From contig DYKS01000003.1 in assembly GCA_020722485.1 (NCBI GenBank), positions 1-39,904 of the forward strand: DNA of 39,904 nucleotides. Reading direction: 5' to 3'. Each line of letters opens with the position of its first letter. Position 1 is the stretch's first letter. Below the pieces are notes generated by a model, which worked only from the letters and a program-made list of their open reading frames with translations, had not been told where the DNA came from and did not search any database. Position numbers and translations under genes: made by a program. Shown here in pieces: positions 15,097-24,097 of this stretch. Origin of the DNA: Candidatus Elulimicrobium sp. GTDB taxonomy: Bacteria; Patescibacteriota; Minisyncoccia; Moranbacterales; UBA9337.

Positions 15097-16086
15097 ATGA
15101 CTATAACTAACTCCAAAGAAAAACAAGAAGATATTAAATTAGATTTCACTTTACGTCCTCAAAGTTTTTCTGAATATATCGGTCAAGAAAAAACTAAAAA
15201 AAATCTCCGCATCCTTATTGAAGCCGCCAAAAAAAGAAAAGAAGCGATTGATCATATTTTGCTTTATGGGCCGGCCGGATTGGGAAAAACCACTCTTTCC
15301 CATATTATCGCCAAAGAAATGGGTGTAAATATCAAAGCTACTTCCGGTCCAGCGATTGAAAAAGTGGGCGATTTAGGATCTATTCTAACCAATTTGGGAA
15401 ATGGAGACATCCTTTTTATTGACGAAATTCACCGCTTAAACAAAACTGTTGAAGAAGTGCTTTATCCCGCGATGGAGGACTATAAACTAGACATTATTGT
15501 TGGCAAAGGACCTTCCGCTCGCACTCTTCAATTAGATTTGCCTAAATTTACTTTAATTGGAGCTACTACTAAATTAGGATCCCTTTCTAATCCTTTAAGA
15601 AACCGATTTGGCATTATCAGCCGATTAGATTTTTACACCCCCCAAGAAATCGGAGAAATTATCCGTCGTTCCAGCCGTATTCTAGGCATAGATATTAATG
15701 AAGAAAGTGTCCGTTCTATAGCTAATTGTAGCCGTCAAACCCCGCGTGTCGCCAATCGCATCCTAAAAAGAGTGCGTGATTTTGCTCAAATTCAAAACAG
15801 TAATCTTATTAATGAAGAAATTACCAACGTGGCCTTACAAATGTTAGAAATAGACAAATTCGGACTAGAACCCACTGATCGCCACATAATAAGAACTATC
15901 TTAGACAAATTTGAGGGCGGACCAGTTGGTATTCAAACTATTGCCGCCGCCACCGCCGAAGAAATTCAAACTATTGAAGATGTTTACGAACCGTATTTAA
16001 TTCAATTAGGTTTTCTGGCGCGTACTCCGCGCGGTCGTGTTGTCACTAAAAGCGGACGAGAACATATTAGCGCAAAAGAAAAATAA
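15097..16086 (+). CDS. ruvB: Holliday junction branch-migration helicase RuvB
   Basis: [13 protein letters not shown]...[13 protein letters not shown] (Walker A), [10 protein letters not shown] (Walker B), conserved C-terminal winged-helix region. Confidence 0.95.
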   Translation: MTITNSKEKQEDIKLDFTLRPQSFSEYIGQEKTKKNLRILIEAAKKRKEAIDHILLYGPAGLGKTTLSHIIAKEMGVNIKATSGPAIEKVGDLGSILTNLGNGDILFIDEIHRLNKTVEEVLYPAMEDYKLDIIVGKGPSARTLQLDLPKFTLIGATTKLGSLSNPLRNRFGIISRLDFYTPQEIGEIIRRSSRILGIDINEESVRSIANCSRQTPRVANRILKRVRDFAQIQNSNLINEEITNVALQMLEIDKFGLEPTDRHIIRTILDKFEGGPVGIQTIAAATAEEIQTIEDVYEPYLIQLGFLARTPRGRVVTKSGREHISAKEK

Positions 16087-16107
16087 AAAGAATTTAAATA
16101 AATTTTT

Positions 16108-16344
16108 ATGAAAATATTGGTTTTTAGCGTTTATATTATTTTTTTATTAGGAGTAATTCTAAACGCCATATTTATTATTTTTCACATTTTTAAATATTCA
16201 TTGACTCGCAAAAGCATTTTATTAACCCTGTTAATTTTTCTGCCGGTTTTCGTTGTGTTATTATTGATTAATATCAGTTTATTTTTTATCATTCCGTATA
16301 AAAACTTTGATCTTGAAACCACGTTTTTTCCCTTTCAAAATTAA
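16108..16344 (+). CDS. Small hypothetical membrane protein (two predicted TM helices)
   Basis: 78-aa hydrophobic ORF packed between ruvB and the next membrane-protein gene. No family recognised. Confidence 0.45.
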   Translation: MKILVFSVYIIFLLGVILNAIFIIFHIFKYSLTRKSILLTLLIFLPVFVVLLLINISLFFIIPYKNFDLETTFFPFQN

Positions 16345-16377
16345 AAATAAAATCGTTAAATTTCTTGATTAATAAAA

Positions 16378-17022
16378 ATGTTTAATCCGCTTAAAAACAA
16401 AAGAGAAAACGAACACGTGATTTTGATAGTGCGCCGTCATTGGTTTGATATCCTTAAACAATTTTTTACAATCATTCTAGCGCTTTTTCTCTGGGCGGGA
16501 AGTTTTTTCCTTTTTTCTTTTTTGATTCAAAATTCCTTCCTCTCAGAAAATTTACATTATTTGATTTTACTTTTCCAAAGCAGTTTCGTTCTTTTGATTT
16601 GGCTTTATTCTTTCCTTGTTTGGATAGATTATTATTTTGATGTTTGGATTATCACTACTGAAAAAATTATCAACATTGAGCAAAAAAGCTTGTTTCTCCG
16701 TCACACCAGTGAATTGCAAATTTTAAAAATTCAAGATGTTTCCACGGAAGTTAAAGGACTTATTCCCAGTATTTTAAATTACGGCGAGGTGCATATTCAA
16801 TCAGCTGGCGCGGTTAATCGCTTTCTTTTTCATAATGTTCCCGACCCTTACGCCATCAAGAAAATAATTATGGATTTACAAAAAAACCAGCATCAAGAAA
16901 ATTTCACTTCAATAAAAAAAACTTTTGATAATTATAAATCTTATCCAACAGAAAAACTGCTTTTCCAAAAAACCTCTCCTTCTGATTCCACCTCTCCTTT
17001 TCACAACAAACCCGCTAATTAA
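16378..17022 (+). CDS. YdbS/YdbT-like membrane protein with bacterial PH (bPH_2) domain
   Basis: ..VILIVRRHWFDILKQF.. followed by two TM helices and a ..DVW.IT..KII.....LF.R....L.I.KIQDV.. block typical of bPH_2 proteins. Confidence 0.55.
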   Translation: MFNPLKNKRENEHVILIVRRHWFDILKQFFTIILALFLWAGSFFLFSFLIQNSFLSENLHYLILLFQSSFVLLIWLYSFLVWIDYYFDVWIITTEKIINIEQKSLFLRHTSELQILKIQDVSTEVKGLIPSILNYGEVHIQSAGAVNRFLFHNVPDPYAIKKIIMDLQKNQHQENFTSIKKTFDNYKSYPTEKLLFQKTSPSDSTSPFHNKPAN

Positions 17023-17112
17023 TAATTCTCTGTCAAATGCGGCGTTTGGCGGCAATTCAAGAGCTGCTTTGTTAATGCATAAGAAACACTGCATAATTTA
17101 GAATTTTCTGTT

Positions 17113-17184
17113 CTAATATAGATAAGCTTTAATGGTCTTACGATTAAAACTGCGAATCTTGAGTTTGCGTTTAAGGTTATGCAT
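17113..17184 (-). pseudogene. Possible remnant of a tyrosine recombinase N-terminus (23 codons, then a stop)
   Basis: Minus-strand reading gives MHNLKRKLKIRSFNRKTIKAYLY*, which resembles the SAM-like N-terminal motif (..LR.YS.KTIKAYL..) of integrase/Xer-family proteins. The match is very short, so the call is weak. Confidence 0.25.
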
Positions 17185-17661
17185 TGGGTCACGTTTAATT
17201 CTCGTTGTTTGAAATTGCGTGTTCATAGAGTATTAAGTATAAGGTGTCTTTTTTGCTCTTGGAATCGCAAAAAAAGCGAATGTATAAGTTCACTAAATAT
17301 TGCGCTCTATGAGAAAATAGGGCGATGTCATTTTTTTATCATATTCATTGCAAATATACGGGTATTAAAGGTATAAAGTTCAATAGAACGCTATAAGACG
17401 AATTCATTGATTTCCATAAATCCGATCTGCTTAATCCGGATATTTTTAACCGCAAAATCATTGATTATCTGATCTGGTATAATACCAAATGAACGCATTA
17501 TGCTTTTGAAAATCTGCTATCTCCATTACAATTCATAATGTCGTTGCAAACTAATAACTTTAATTTGTCTCAAGAGCGCAATCAAGAGTGGACTCATACA
17601 AACCCTGTCATTGTTTATAAATTTTGTTAAAATATTACTAATAAGTAACTTTTTTAAAAAA

Positions 17662-19602
17662 ATGCGGGTGAAACCAATAGGCGTGAAAAAAATTTCATTG
17701 CTTACTTTTTTATTTGGAATGACATTCTTCGCTTTTTTTGTAATTACCGGATTTTCTTTAGCGGAAGAAACCGACTTAATTGCAACCGAAATAATGTACG
17801 ACGCGGAAGGAATCGATAATGACAAAGAATGGATTGAGTTTAAAAATAAATCCCAAAATTCTTTGAAAATTTTTAATTGGAAACTGATAGAATCCAGCAA
17901 ACCAGAAACGCAACATAAAATTTCTCTTTATCAGGGCAATTCCGTTATAGAACCGGAAGAATATTTCATTATTGCAGAAAACGCGAAAGAATTTATTAAA
18001 AAAATTCCGGAAGATTATTCGGCGACGGTTTTGGATAGCAGTTTTTCGTTGAGTAACACGAAAGAAGAAATAATTCTCTTAGATGCTGACGGAAACCTAT
18101 TAGCAACCACTTCTTATGAAAATTCTGCGGGAGGGAAAGGCAACGGCTTTACTTTAGAATGGGAAGACGGGGTTTGGCGAGAAAGTTTTATCAAAGGCGG
18201 AACACCGGGAAAGAAAAATTCACAAAAATCTAACCAGCCGGAATATTCCGATCAAATAAAATTAAATGAAATTCTTCCTAACCCCAAAGACAATGAAAAA
18301 ACAGACGAATTTATTGAGTTGTATAATTTTTCTTCTGATGAAATTAATTTAGAAAATTGGATATTAAAAGACGCATCTAAGTCGGGAAAGTTTGTTTTTC
18401 CGAAAGATTATTTTATAAAACCAAATGGCTATCTTGTTGTTTATAAAAACTTGTTTAAATTTGCTATGAATAATTCCGGCGGAGAAGAAGTTTTTCTTTT
18501 AAATCCGAATGAAAAAATTGTTTCTTCTGTTTCTTATGAAAAATCTTTTGAGGGGATTTCCTATAATTTTGATTCAGAAAATAATAATTGGCGCTGGAGT
18601 AAGTTCCTAACGCCGGGAGAAAAAAACAAATTGGATAAAATTCCTAAAATTGAAATAAAAAAAGACAAGAAAATATACAAAAATTTTTACGCCACCTTTG
18701 AGATAAAAATTCACTCCAAAAACAAGAAGGAAAACAGAGTTACATGGGACTTTGGCGATGGTAAAAAAAGTTACAAAAGAAAAACTCGTCATAAATATTC
18801 AAAAACCGGAACCTATCTAGTCAAACTTAAGATTTTTACTGGCAGTGAAGAAATAGTAAAACAATTTTCCGTCAAAGTGAGAAAATACCCGCATCCAAAA
18901 GTAAAATTTATTCGTTTTTCTCCCAATCCTGCTGGAAAAGACAGTGAGCAAGAATGGATTGAGATCAAAAATTATTCATCCAAAAAAATCAATTTAAAAG
19001 ATTGGAGCATTAAAACCGGCGTTTCTTCTCAAAAAGCGGTTAATCATTCAATTAATGATGATTTTTTCCTGAAAGCGGGAGAAAGAGGCGTTTTAACACG
19101 CGACTTTTCCAAATTTTCTTTAAACAATAAAAAGGGAGAAATAAAATTGCTTTACCCGGACGGAAAAACGGCAGATAAAATCACCTATAAAAAAGAAAAC
19201 GAAATCAAAGATGACGAAATTTATGAAAAGAAAAACGGAGGCAAGTGGCAATGGCAAGAAAAATCCATTCTCGCTATTTCCAAACCCAAACAAGAAACAA
19301 TAATAAAAAATAGTCCGCTAAAACCAGAAAAATTTATTGAAGTTCCAAAGGAGTATATCGGTCAGAAATCTTATCCAAAAAAGACGAATTCTCCTATTTT
19401 AAATTATGGATTATTCGCTTATACCGAGAAAAATCCTCGCTACTCAACCGAATTTGTTTTGGGAATGGAAACGAAAAAAATCTCCGCTGAAAATTTTTTA
19501 GCAAAAACAAAAACCGCTAAACAAGAACATTACTTGGTGTCTTTCGCTAAACAATTAAATAAGAAACTAAACAATTTATTGATTAAAATATCCAATCATT
19601 GA
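17662..19602 (+). CDS. Secreted/anchored protein with three lamin-tail-domain (LTD) repeats and one PKD-like domain
   Basis: Signal/TM segment after MRVKPIGVKK. LTD signatures: ..ATEIMYDAEG.DNDKEWIEFKN.., ..NEILPNPKDNEKTDEFIELYNFS..NLENWILKD.., ..FSPNPAGKDSEQEWIEIKNYS..LKDWSIK... PKD-like VTWDFGDG..........YSKTGTYLVKLKI. Start set at ATG 17662 rather than TTG 17611. Confidence 0.75.
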   Translation: MRVKPIGVKKISLLTFLFGMTFFAFFVITGFSLAEETDLIATEIMYDAEGIDNDKEWIEFKNKSQNSLKIFNWKLIESSKPETQHKISLYQGNSVIEPEEYFIIAENAKEFIKKIPEDYSATVLDSSFSLSNTKEEIILLDADGNLLATTSYENSAGGKGNGFTLEWEDGVWRESFIKGGTPGKKNSQKSNQPEYSDQIKLNEILPNPKDNEKTDEFIELYNFSSDEINLENWILKDASKSGKFVFPKDYFIKPNGYLVVYKNLFKFAMNNSGGEEVFLLNPNEKIVSSVSYEKSFEGISYNFDSENNNWRWSKFLTPGEKNKLDKIPKIEIKKDKKIYKNFYATFEIKIHSKNKKENRVTWDFGDGKKSYKRKTRHKYSKTGTYLVKLKIFTGSEEIVKQFSVKVRKYPHPKVKFIRFSPNPAGKDSEQEWIEIKNYSSKKINLKDWSIKTGVSSQKAVNHSINDDFFLKAGERGVLTRDFSKFSLNNKKGEIKLLYPDGKTADKITYKKENEIKDDEIYEKKNGGKWQWQEKSILAISKPKQETIIKNSPLKPEKFIEVPKEYIGQKSYPKKTNSPILNYGLFAYTEKNPRYSTEFVLGMETKKISAENFLAKTKTAKQEHYLVSFAKQLNKKLNNLLIKISNH

Positions 19603-19619
19603 AAAATTAAAAAATTTCC

Positions 19620-19648
19620 TTGAAAACATAAAAATGAAATGCTATATT
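19620..19648 (+). promoter_or_regulatory. Sigma70-like promoter candidate: TTGAAA, 17-nt spacer, TATATT
   Basis: Read directly, about 48 nt upstream of ATG 19697. Confidence 0.45.
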
Positions 19649-19696
19649 TACATTGCGATAAAATAATTTATTTAATTATATAGTGATTTATATCCA

Positions 19697-20416
19697 ATGT
19701 CAGGACATAATAAATGGTCGGGAATAAAACACCGCAAAGAAGCGCAAGACGCTAAACGCGCCGAAATTTTTACTAAATTGGGGCGATTAATTTCTGTTGC
19801 CGCTAAAGAAGGAGGGGGATCGTTAGAAACTAATTTTAAATTAAAACTAGCGGTAGACAAAGCCAAATCCGCCAATATGCCCAAAGATAAAATTGAACGA
19901 GCGATTAAGCGCGGAACGGGAGAAAATAAAAATGAAACCATTATTGAAGAAATTATCTACGAAGCTTATGGTCCAGGAAATATAGCGATGCTTATAAAAG
20001 TCCTTACTGAAAACAAAAATCGAACACTAGGCGAGATTAAAAATATTTTAAATAAAAACGAGGGGAAAATAGTGCCTTCCGGTTCAGTGGCTTTTCTTTT
20101 TAAGCAAATGGGTATGATCACTATTCCAATTCAAGCTGAAAAATGGGATGAAATAGAACTAAAAGCCATTGAAGCTGGCGCTGAAGATTTGGAACGCGCA
20201 AAAAAAACACTGCTTGTCTATACTCAACCGACGAATTTAATGCTAATTAAAGAAAAATTAGAAGCAATGGAAATAAAAATAGAAGATGTGTCTATTGTTT
20301 ATCTTACCAAACAAAAAACTGCGCCCAGTGAAAAATCTCTCTCTGCTTACCAAAAATTACGAGAAAAACTTTTAGAGCAGGATGATATTCAAGAAATTTA
20401 TGACAATATCGGGTAA
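19697..20416 (+). CDS. YebC/PmpR-family DNA-binding transcriptional regulator
   Basis: MSGHNKWSGIKHRKEAQDAKRAEIFTKLGR...AKSANMPKD.IERAIKRGTGE is the hallmark YebC N-terminus. Confidence 0.9.
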   Translation: MSGHNKWSGIKHRKEAQDAKRAEIFTKLGRLISVAAKEGGGSLETNFKLKLAVDKAKSANMPKDKIERAIKRGTGENKNETIIEEIIYEAYGPGNIAMLIKVLTENKNRTLGEIKNILNKNEGKIVPSGSVAFLFKQMGMITIPIQAEKWDEIELKAIEAGAEDLERAKKTLLVYTQPTNLMLIKEKLEAMEIKIEDVSIVYLTKQKTAPSEKSLSAYQKLREKLLEQDDIQEIYDNIG

Positions 20417-20442
20417 ATAGTTAAAAACCATTAAGACGATAA

Positions 20443-20979
20443 ATGAAAAAAAGACAAAATTTACAAAATAAAATCCGTGTGTTGGGTATTGATCCCGGAA
20501 CGGCTACTACCGGCTGGGCAATCTTAGAAGAAAAAAGTGGAAAAGTTTTTCCGATAGCTTACGGACATATCAGCACCTCTCCAAAAAACAGTACCACTGA
20601 AAGACTAAAGGAAGTGGCGGATGATCTAGAAAAAATAGCAAGAAAATATGTTCCAATAGAGGCAGCTGTAGAAGATATTTTCTTTTTTAAAAACCTAAAA
20701 ACCGCCATGAAAGTAAGCCAGTCGCGAGGAGCTATTCTCTTGACATTAGAGAAAAATAATATCAAAATATCTGAATATACCCCACTTCAAGTAAAGCAGG
20801 CATTGACAGGGTATGGACAGGCGGAAAAAAGCCAAATTCAGCTGATGGTGAAAAATATTTTGAAACTAAAAAAAATTCCCAAACCGGACGATACCGCGGA
20901 CGCTATTGCTATCGCTATTTGCCATTTAAACAGCCGTAAAATGAAAATGGTGGAATTAAAAAATAAATCAAAAGTATAA
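20443..20979 (+). CDS. ruvC: Crossover junction endodeoxyribonuclease RuvC
   Basis: VLGIDPGTATTGWAI, ..AVEDIFF.KN...., ..QVKQALTGYGQAEK.QIQ.MV.., ..PKPDDTADAIAIAICH. Confidence 0.9.
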   Translation: MKKRQNLQNKIRVLGIDPGTATTGWAILEEKSGKVFPIAYGHISTSPKNSTTERLKEVADDLEKIARKYVPIEAAVEDIFFFKNLKTAMKVSQSRGAILLTLEKNNIKISEYTPLQVKQALTGYGQAEKSQIQLMVKNILKLKKIPKPDDTADAIAIAICHLNSRKMKMVELKNKSKV

Positions 20980-21032
20980 AAAAATTTAAAATATTCATTT
21001 AAATTAATCTTTAATCTTACAATAACAAAACA

Positions 21033-21701
21033 ATGAAAACTAGTTATTTTGTGGATTATTTTGTTTCTCAAGGAGTTCCTTTAGAAACCGTGTTTCTGAT
21101 TTTAATGCTTCCCGTAATTGCCACTATGATCGCTTTCTTTCGGCAAGTTTTGGGAATAAAGGCTTTCGGCATTTACACACCATCGATAATAACTTTCGCT
21201 TTTTTAGCAATGGATTTCGGCTCAGAAAATAGCGGCATTAAATACGGAGTGATTATTTTTCTAAGTGTCATTTTTGCCGGAATGATTACTCGCTACATTC
21301 TCAAAAAATTACGTCTGCTTTATTTGCCTCGCGTGGCTATCACCTTAAGCATCGTGTCTTTCGCCATTTTAACTGTTTTGGTATTAGGTGGTTCTTTACA
21401 ACGTACCGGTCTAGCTTCGGTTTCTGTTTTTCCAATTTTAATTATGATTACTATTGTAGAAAAATTCGTCGCTGCCCAAATTGAAAAAGGAAACAAAACC
21501 GCCATTATTTTGGCCGCGGAAACTTTGTTTATTTCCTTGATGGGATATTATTTGACTAATTGGAAAACGCTCTCTTCTTTCATTTTGACTTATCCTTGGA
21601 TAATACTCTTTACTTTTCCTTTAAATTTTTTCTTAGGCAAATGGACTGGCTTGCGTCTTTCTGAATATTGGCGTTTTAAAGAAATTTTGAAAAAAATGTA
21701 A
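21033..21701 (+). CDS. Stand-alone 7TM module of the type usually fused to an inactive transglutaminase (7TM_transglut-like)
   Basis: 222 aa with about 7 hydrophobic helices. ..FFRQVLGIKAFGIYTPSII.., ..LPRVAITL.., ..FPILIMITIVEKF.. and C-terminal ..WTGLRLSEYWRF.. match my memory of this family. No transglutaminase domain is present. Confidence 0.6.
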   Translation: MKTSYFVDYFVSQGVPLETVFLILMLPVIATMIAFFRQVLGIKAFGIYTPSIITFAFLAMDFGSENSGIKYGVIIFLSVIFAGMITRYILKKLRLLYLPRVAITLSIVSFAILTVLVLGGSLQRTGLASVSVFPILIMITIVEKFVAAQIEKGNKTAIILAAETLFISLMGYYLTNWKTLSSFILTYPWIILFTFPLNFFLGKWTGLRLSEYWRFKEILKKM

Positions 21702-21724
21702 TTATTTTTCGGCGAAAAAACATT

Positions 21725-23140
21725 ATGTTGAATTTTTTTAAAAACAGCCGCAAAATTCTAGGAATGAATTCTCGCAATTTAAATTATATTCGCCTTTATA
21801 ATCATAAAAAAGCCATTTGTATTGCGGATGATAAATTGTTAAGTAAAAGAATTTTAAAAAAAAATGACTTACCAGTTCCCGCGTTGATTGAAAAAATCAC
21901 CTCTCACCAAGAACTGGAAAATTTTGATTGGACAAAATTACCTAACAGCTTTGCGCTTAAACCAAACCGCGGATTAGGAGGAGAAGGAATTTTAGTTGTT
22001 TATGGAAAGAAAAAAAATGGAAATGAAGCCTGGATTAAAGCGGACGGATCGATAGTTACTTTGGATGATCTAAAAAATCATATCAGTAATATTTTGGATG
22101 GAAATTTTTCTCTCTCCAGCGTGCCGGATAAAGCTTTTTTTGAAGAAAGAGTGCGACTTCTAAAATTATTCAAACCTTACACTTTTAAAGGCATTCCGGA
22201 TGTCCGTATAATTGTTTACAATAGCGTTCCGGTTATGGCAATGTTGCGCCTTCCCACTAAAGAATCGGGCGGAAAAGCTAATCTTCAACAGGGAGCAGTG
22301 GGTGTAGGCATTGATATGGCTAGTGGAGTTACTACTTCCGCCGTTCAAGGAAAAAAATCCCACTTAATTGAATATGCGCCGGGAACCAGATTGCCGCTTT
22401 CCGGAATCAAGATTCCTTATTGGAAAGAACTTTTGGAATTAGCGATTAAAGCGCAAAGGGTGTCCGGTTTGGGTTTTTTAGGAGCGGATATCGCCATTGA
22501 TCAAGAAAAGGGTCCGGTTTTTTTGGAATTAAACGCTCGCCCCGGCCTTTCCATTCAAATCGCCAATCTGGCCGGACTTCAAGAAAGACTGCAAAGAGTG
22601 TCGGGACTGAAAATAAAAACAATTAAGAGAGGTATTAATGTGGGAATGGATTTGTTTGGAGGAGAAATTGAGGAAGAAATTGAAGAAATTTCCGGCAAGA
22701 GAATTATCGGTTCGGTGGAAAAAATAAAGCTGATTGGCAAAAACGGAAAAGAAATTGAAGTGGAAGCCAGAGTAGACACGGGAGCGAGTATTTCCGCTAT
22801 TGATAAAAAATTAGCAATAGAGCTTGGATTTGATGAGGCGGTAAAATACTGGGAAGATTTTCATTTGGATCATACTTTAAATACTCAAGAAATTGAAGAA
22901 TTAAGCAAAAATAAAGTCTGGAAAGAATTAGAAAAACATCCAGATGTGATTGGTGTAGCAAAAATCTTTTCTTCACATGGAGCCTCTTATCGGATTAAAA
23001 TCAAAGTTATGTTAACAATAGATTCGCTTCCAATTATTTCCAAACTTTCGATTGCAGATAGATCGGGTTTGAATTATCCGGTTTTAATTGGCAGACGCGA
23101 TCTTAAAAAATTTTTAATTGATGTAAATAAAACAATATGA
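21725..23140 (+). CDS. Fusion protein: alpha-L-glutamate-ligase-related ATP-grasp (ATPgrasp_ST / TIGR02291-like) plus C-terminal retropepsin-like 'ATP-dependent zinc protease' domain (Zn_protease/RimB-like)
   Basis: N-terminus ILGMNSRNLNYIRLYN.K.....DDKLLSKRIL.KNDLPVP and ..FLGADIAID.EKGPVFLELNARPGL.. indicate ATP-grasp. From about aa 325, IGSVEKIKL......IEVEARVDTGASISAID ... DRSGLNYPVLIGRRDLKKFLIDV indicates the retropepsin-like fold. Confidence 0.7.
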   Translation: MLNFFKNSRKILGMNSRNLNYIRLYNHKKAICIADDKLLSKRILKKNDLPVPALIEKITSHQELENFDWTKLPNSFALKPNRGLGGEGILVVYGKKKNGNEAWIKADGSIVTLDDLKNHISNILDGNFSLSSVPDKAFFEERVRLLKLFKPYTFKGIPDVRIIVYNSVPVMAMLRLPTKESGGKANLQQGAVGVGIDMASGVTTSAVQGKKSHLIEYAPGTRLPLSGIKIPYWKELLELAIKAQRVSGLGFLGADIAIDQEKGPVFLELNARPGLSIQIANLAGLQERLQRVSGLKIKTIKRGINVGMDLFGGEIEEEIEEISGKRIIGSVEKIKLIGKNGKEIEVEARVDTGASISAIDKKLAIELGFDEAVKYWEDFHLDHTLNTQEIEELSKNKVWKELEKHPDVIGVAKIFSSHGASYRIKIKVMLTIDSLPIISKLSIADRSGLNYPVLIGRRDLKKFLIDVNKTI

Positions 23141-24090
23141 AAAAGGTAATGATTCTTTTTGGCAAAAGCGATTGGAAAAAAGCTAAACCTTTCTCTAATA
23201 AAGATTATCAATATTCTTACGAATATTTTTACGATCTTTGTCAAAAAAACGGGATTCAAATGTATCGCGCTTCTTACGAGTGGTATGACTATCAAAAGCA
23301 TCTTTTTAAACACGCCTGGATTTTTAAAAGTAAAGGAGGAAAATGGAAAAGAGTTTCTAATATTAAGCCGGATTTGATTTACGATAAAACTAAAGCGCGT
23401 TTGGAAATATATTATAAAAAAGAATTAATAAGAAAAGCTTTTCCTTTTATAAATAATCTGATTTTTACTCAATTAATTGACGACAAACTAACAACAAGTT
23501 TGCTTTTTGAAAAATGGTGTAAAAAAAGTTGGGTAATAGAAAACAAAAACGATTTAAAAAAATTTTTGCCAAAAATAAAAACAGAAAAAGCGGTCTTAAA
23601 ACCTCTTCTTGAAAGTGGAGGAAAAGGGATACAAATAATGGATAAAGGAGACATCCTTAAAAAAGCTATTATTGATTGTCCTTATTTACTTCAGGAATTT
23701 ATTGATTCTTCTTATGGTGTGCCGGGCGTAAGCGACAAATCGCACGATTTGCGTTTAGTTTTTATTAATGATGAAATAATTTATTCCTACATAAGAGAGC
23801 CGAAAGAAGGCAGTTATTTAGCCAATTTATCCCAGGGAGGAAGTCTAAAGATTGTTCCAAAGAACAAGTTGCCAAAATCTCTTAATCCGATAATTAATAA
23901 AGCCAATAAGCTTTTCGCCACTTTTAATCCGCGAATTTATTCAATTGATTTTATGTTTGATAGAAAAAAACAACCTTGGATAGTGGAACTCAACTCTATG
24001 CCCGGATTATTTTTCACGCCGGCAGAAAAACCTTATATGTTGAAAATGTATGGAAAGTTATTGAATGTTTTTAAAAAATATATGCGATAA
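23137..24090 (+). CDS. ATP-grasp ligase (YheC/YheD- or RimK-related)
   Basis: ..KAVLKPLLESGGKGIQIM.., ..HDLRLVFINDEIIYSYIREPKEGSYLANLSQGGS.., ..SIDFMFD.KKQPWIVELNSMPGL... The ATG overlaps the upstream stop (ATGA at 23137-23140). Confidence 0.65.
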   Translation: MKKVMILFGKSDWKKAKPFSNKDYQYSYEYFYDLCQKNGIQMYRASYEWYDYQKHLFKHAWIFKSKGGKWKRVSNIKPDLIYDKTKARLEIYYKKELIRKAFPFINNLIFTQLIDDKLTTSLLFEKWCKKSWVIENKNDLKKFLPKIKTEKAVLKPLLESGGKGIQIMDKGDILKKAIIDCPYLLQEFIDSSYGVPGVSDKSHDLRLVFINDEIIYSYIREPKEGSYLANLSQGGSLKIVPKNKLPKSLNPIINKANKLFATFNPRIYSIDFMFDRKKQPWIVELNSMPGLFFTPAEKPYMLKMYGKLLNVFKKYMR

Positions 24091-24097
24091 TTTTTTT

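Noticed and set aside
17469-17487. CTGATCTGGTATAATACCA resembles the TPP-riboswitch P4/P5 string (CCUGAUCUGGAUAAUGCCAGCG)
   Set aside because: No CUGAGA element or matching P2/P3 helices lie upstream, the helix is imperfect, and there is no thiamine-related gene downstream. It is probably chance similarity inside the decayed region.
17179-17900. ORFs 17179-17376 (+) and 17526-17900 (-)
   Set aside because: The first is Cys/Arg/Phe-rich nonsense within the decayed spacer. The second is antisense to the start of the LTD gene and continues into stop-riddled sequence. Neither has start-context or family support.
15097-20979. ruvB and ruvC are about 4.4 kb apart with no ruvA in the window
   Set aside because: Absence from a 40-kb window says nothing about the genome, since ruvA may simply be elsewhere. 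The same caveat applies to rpsO not preceding pnp.
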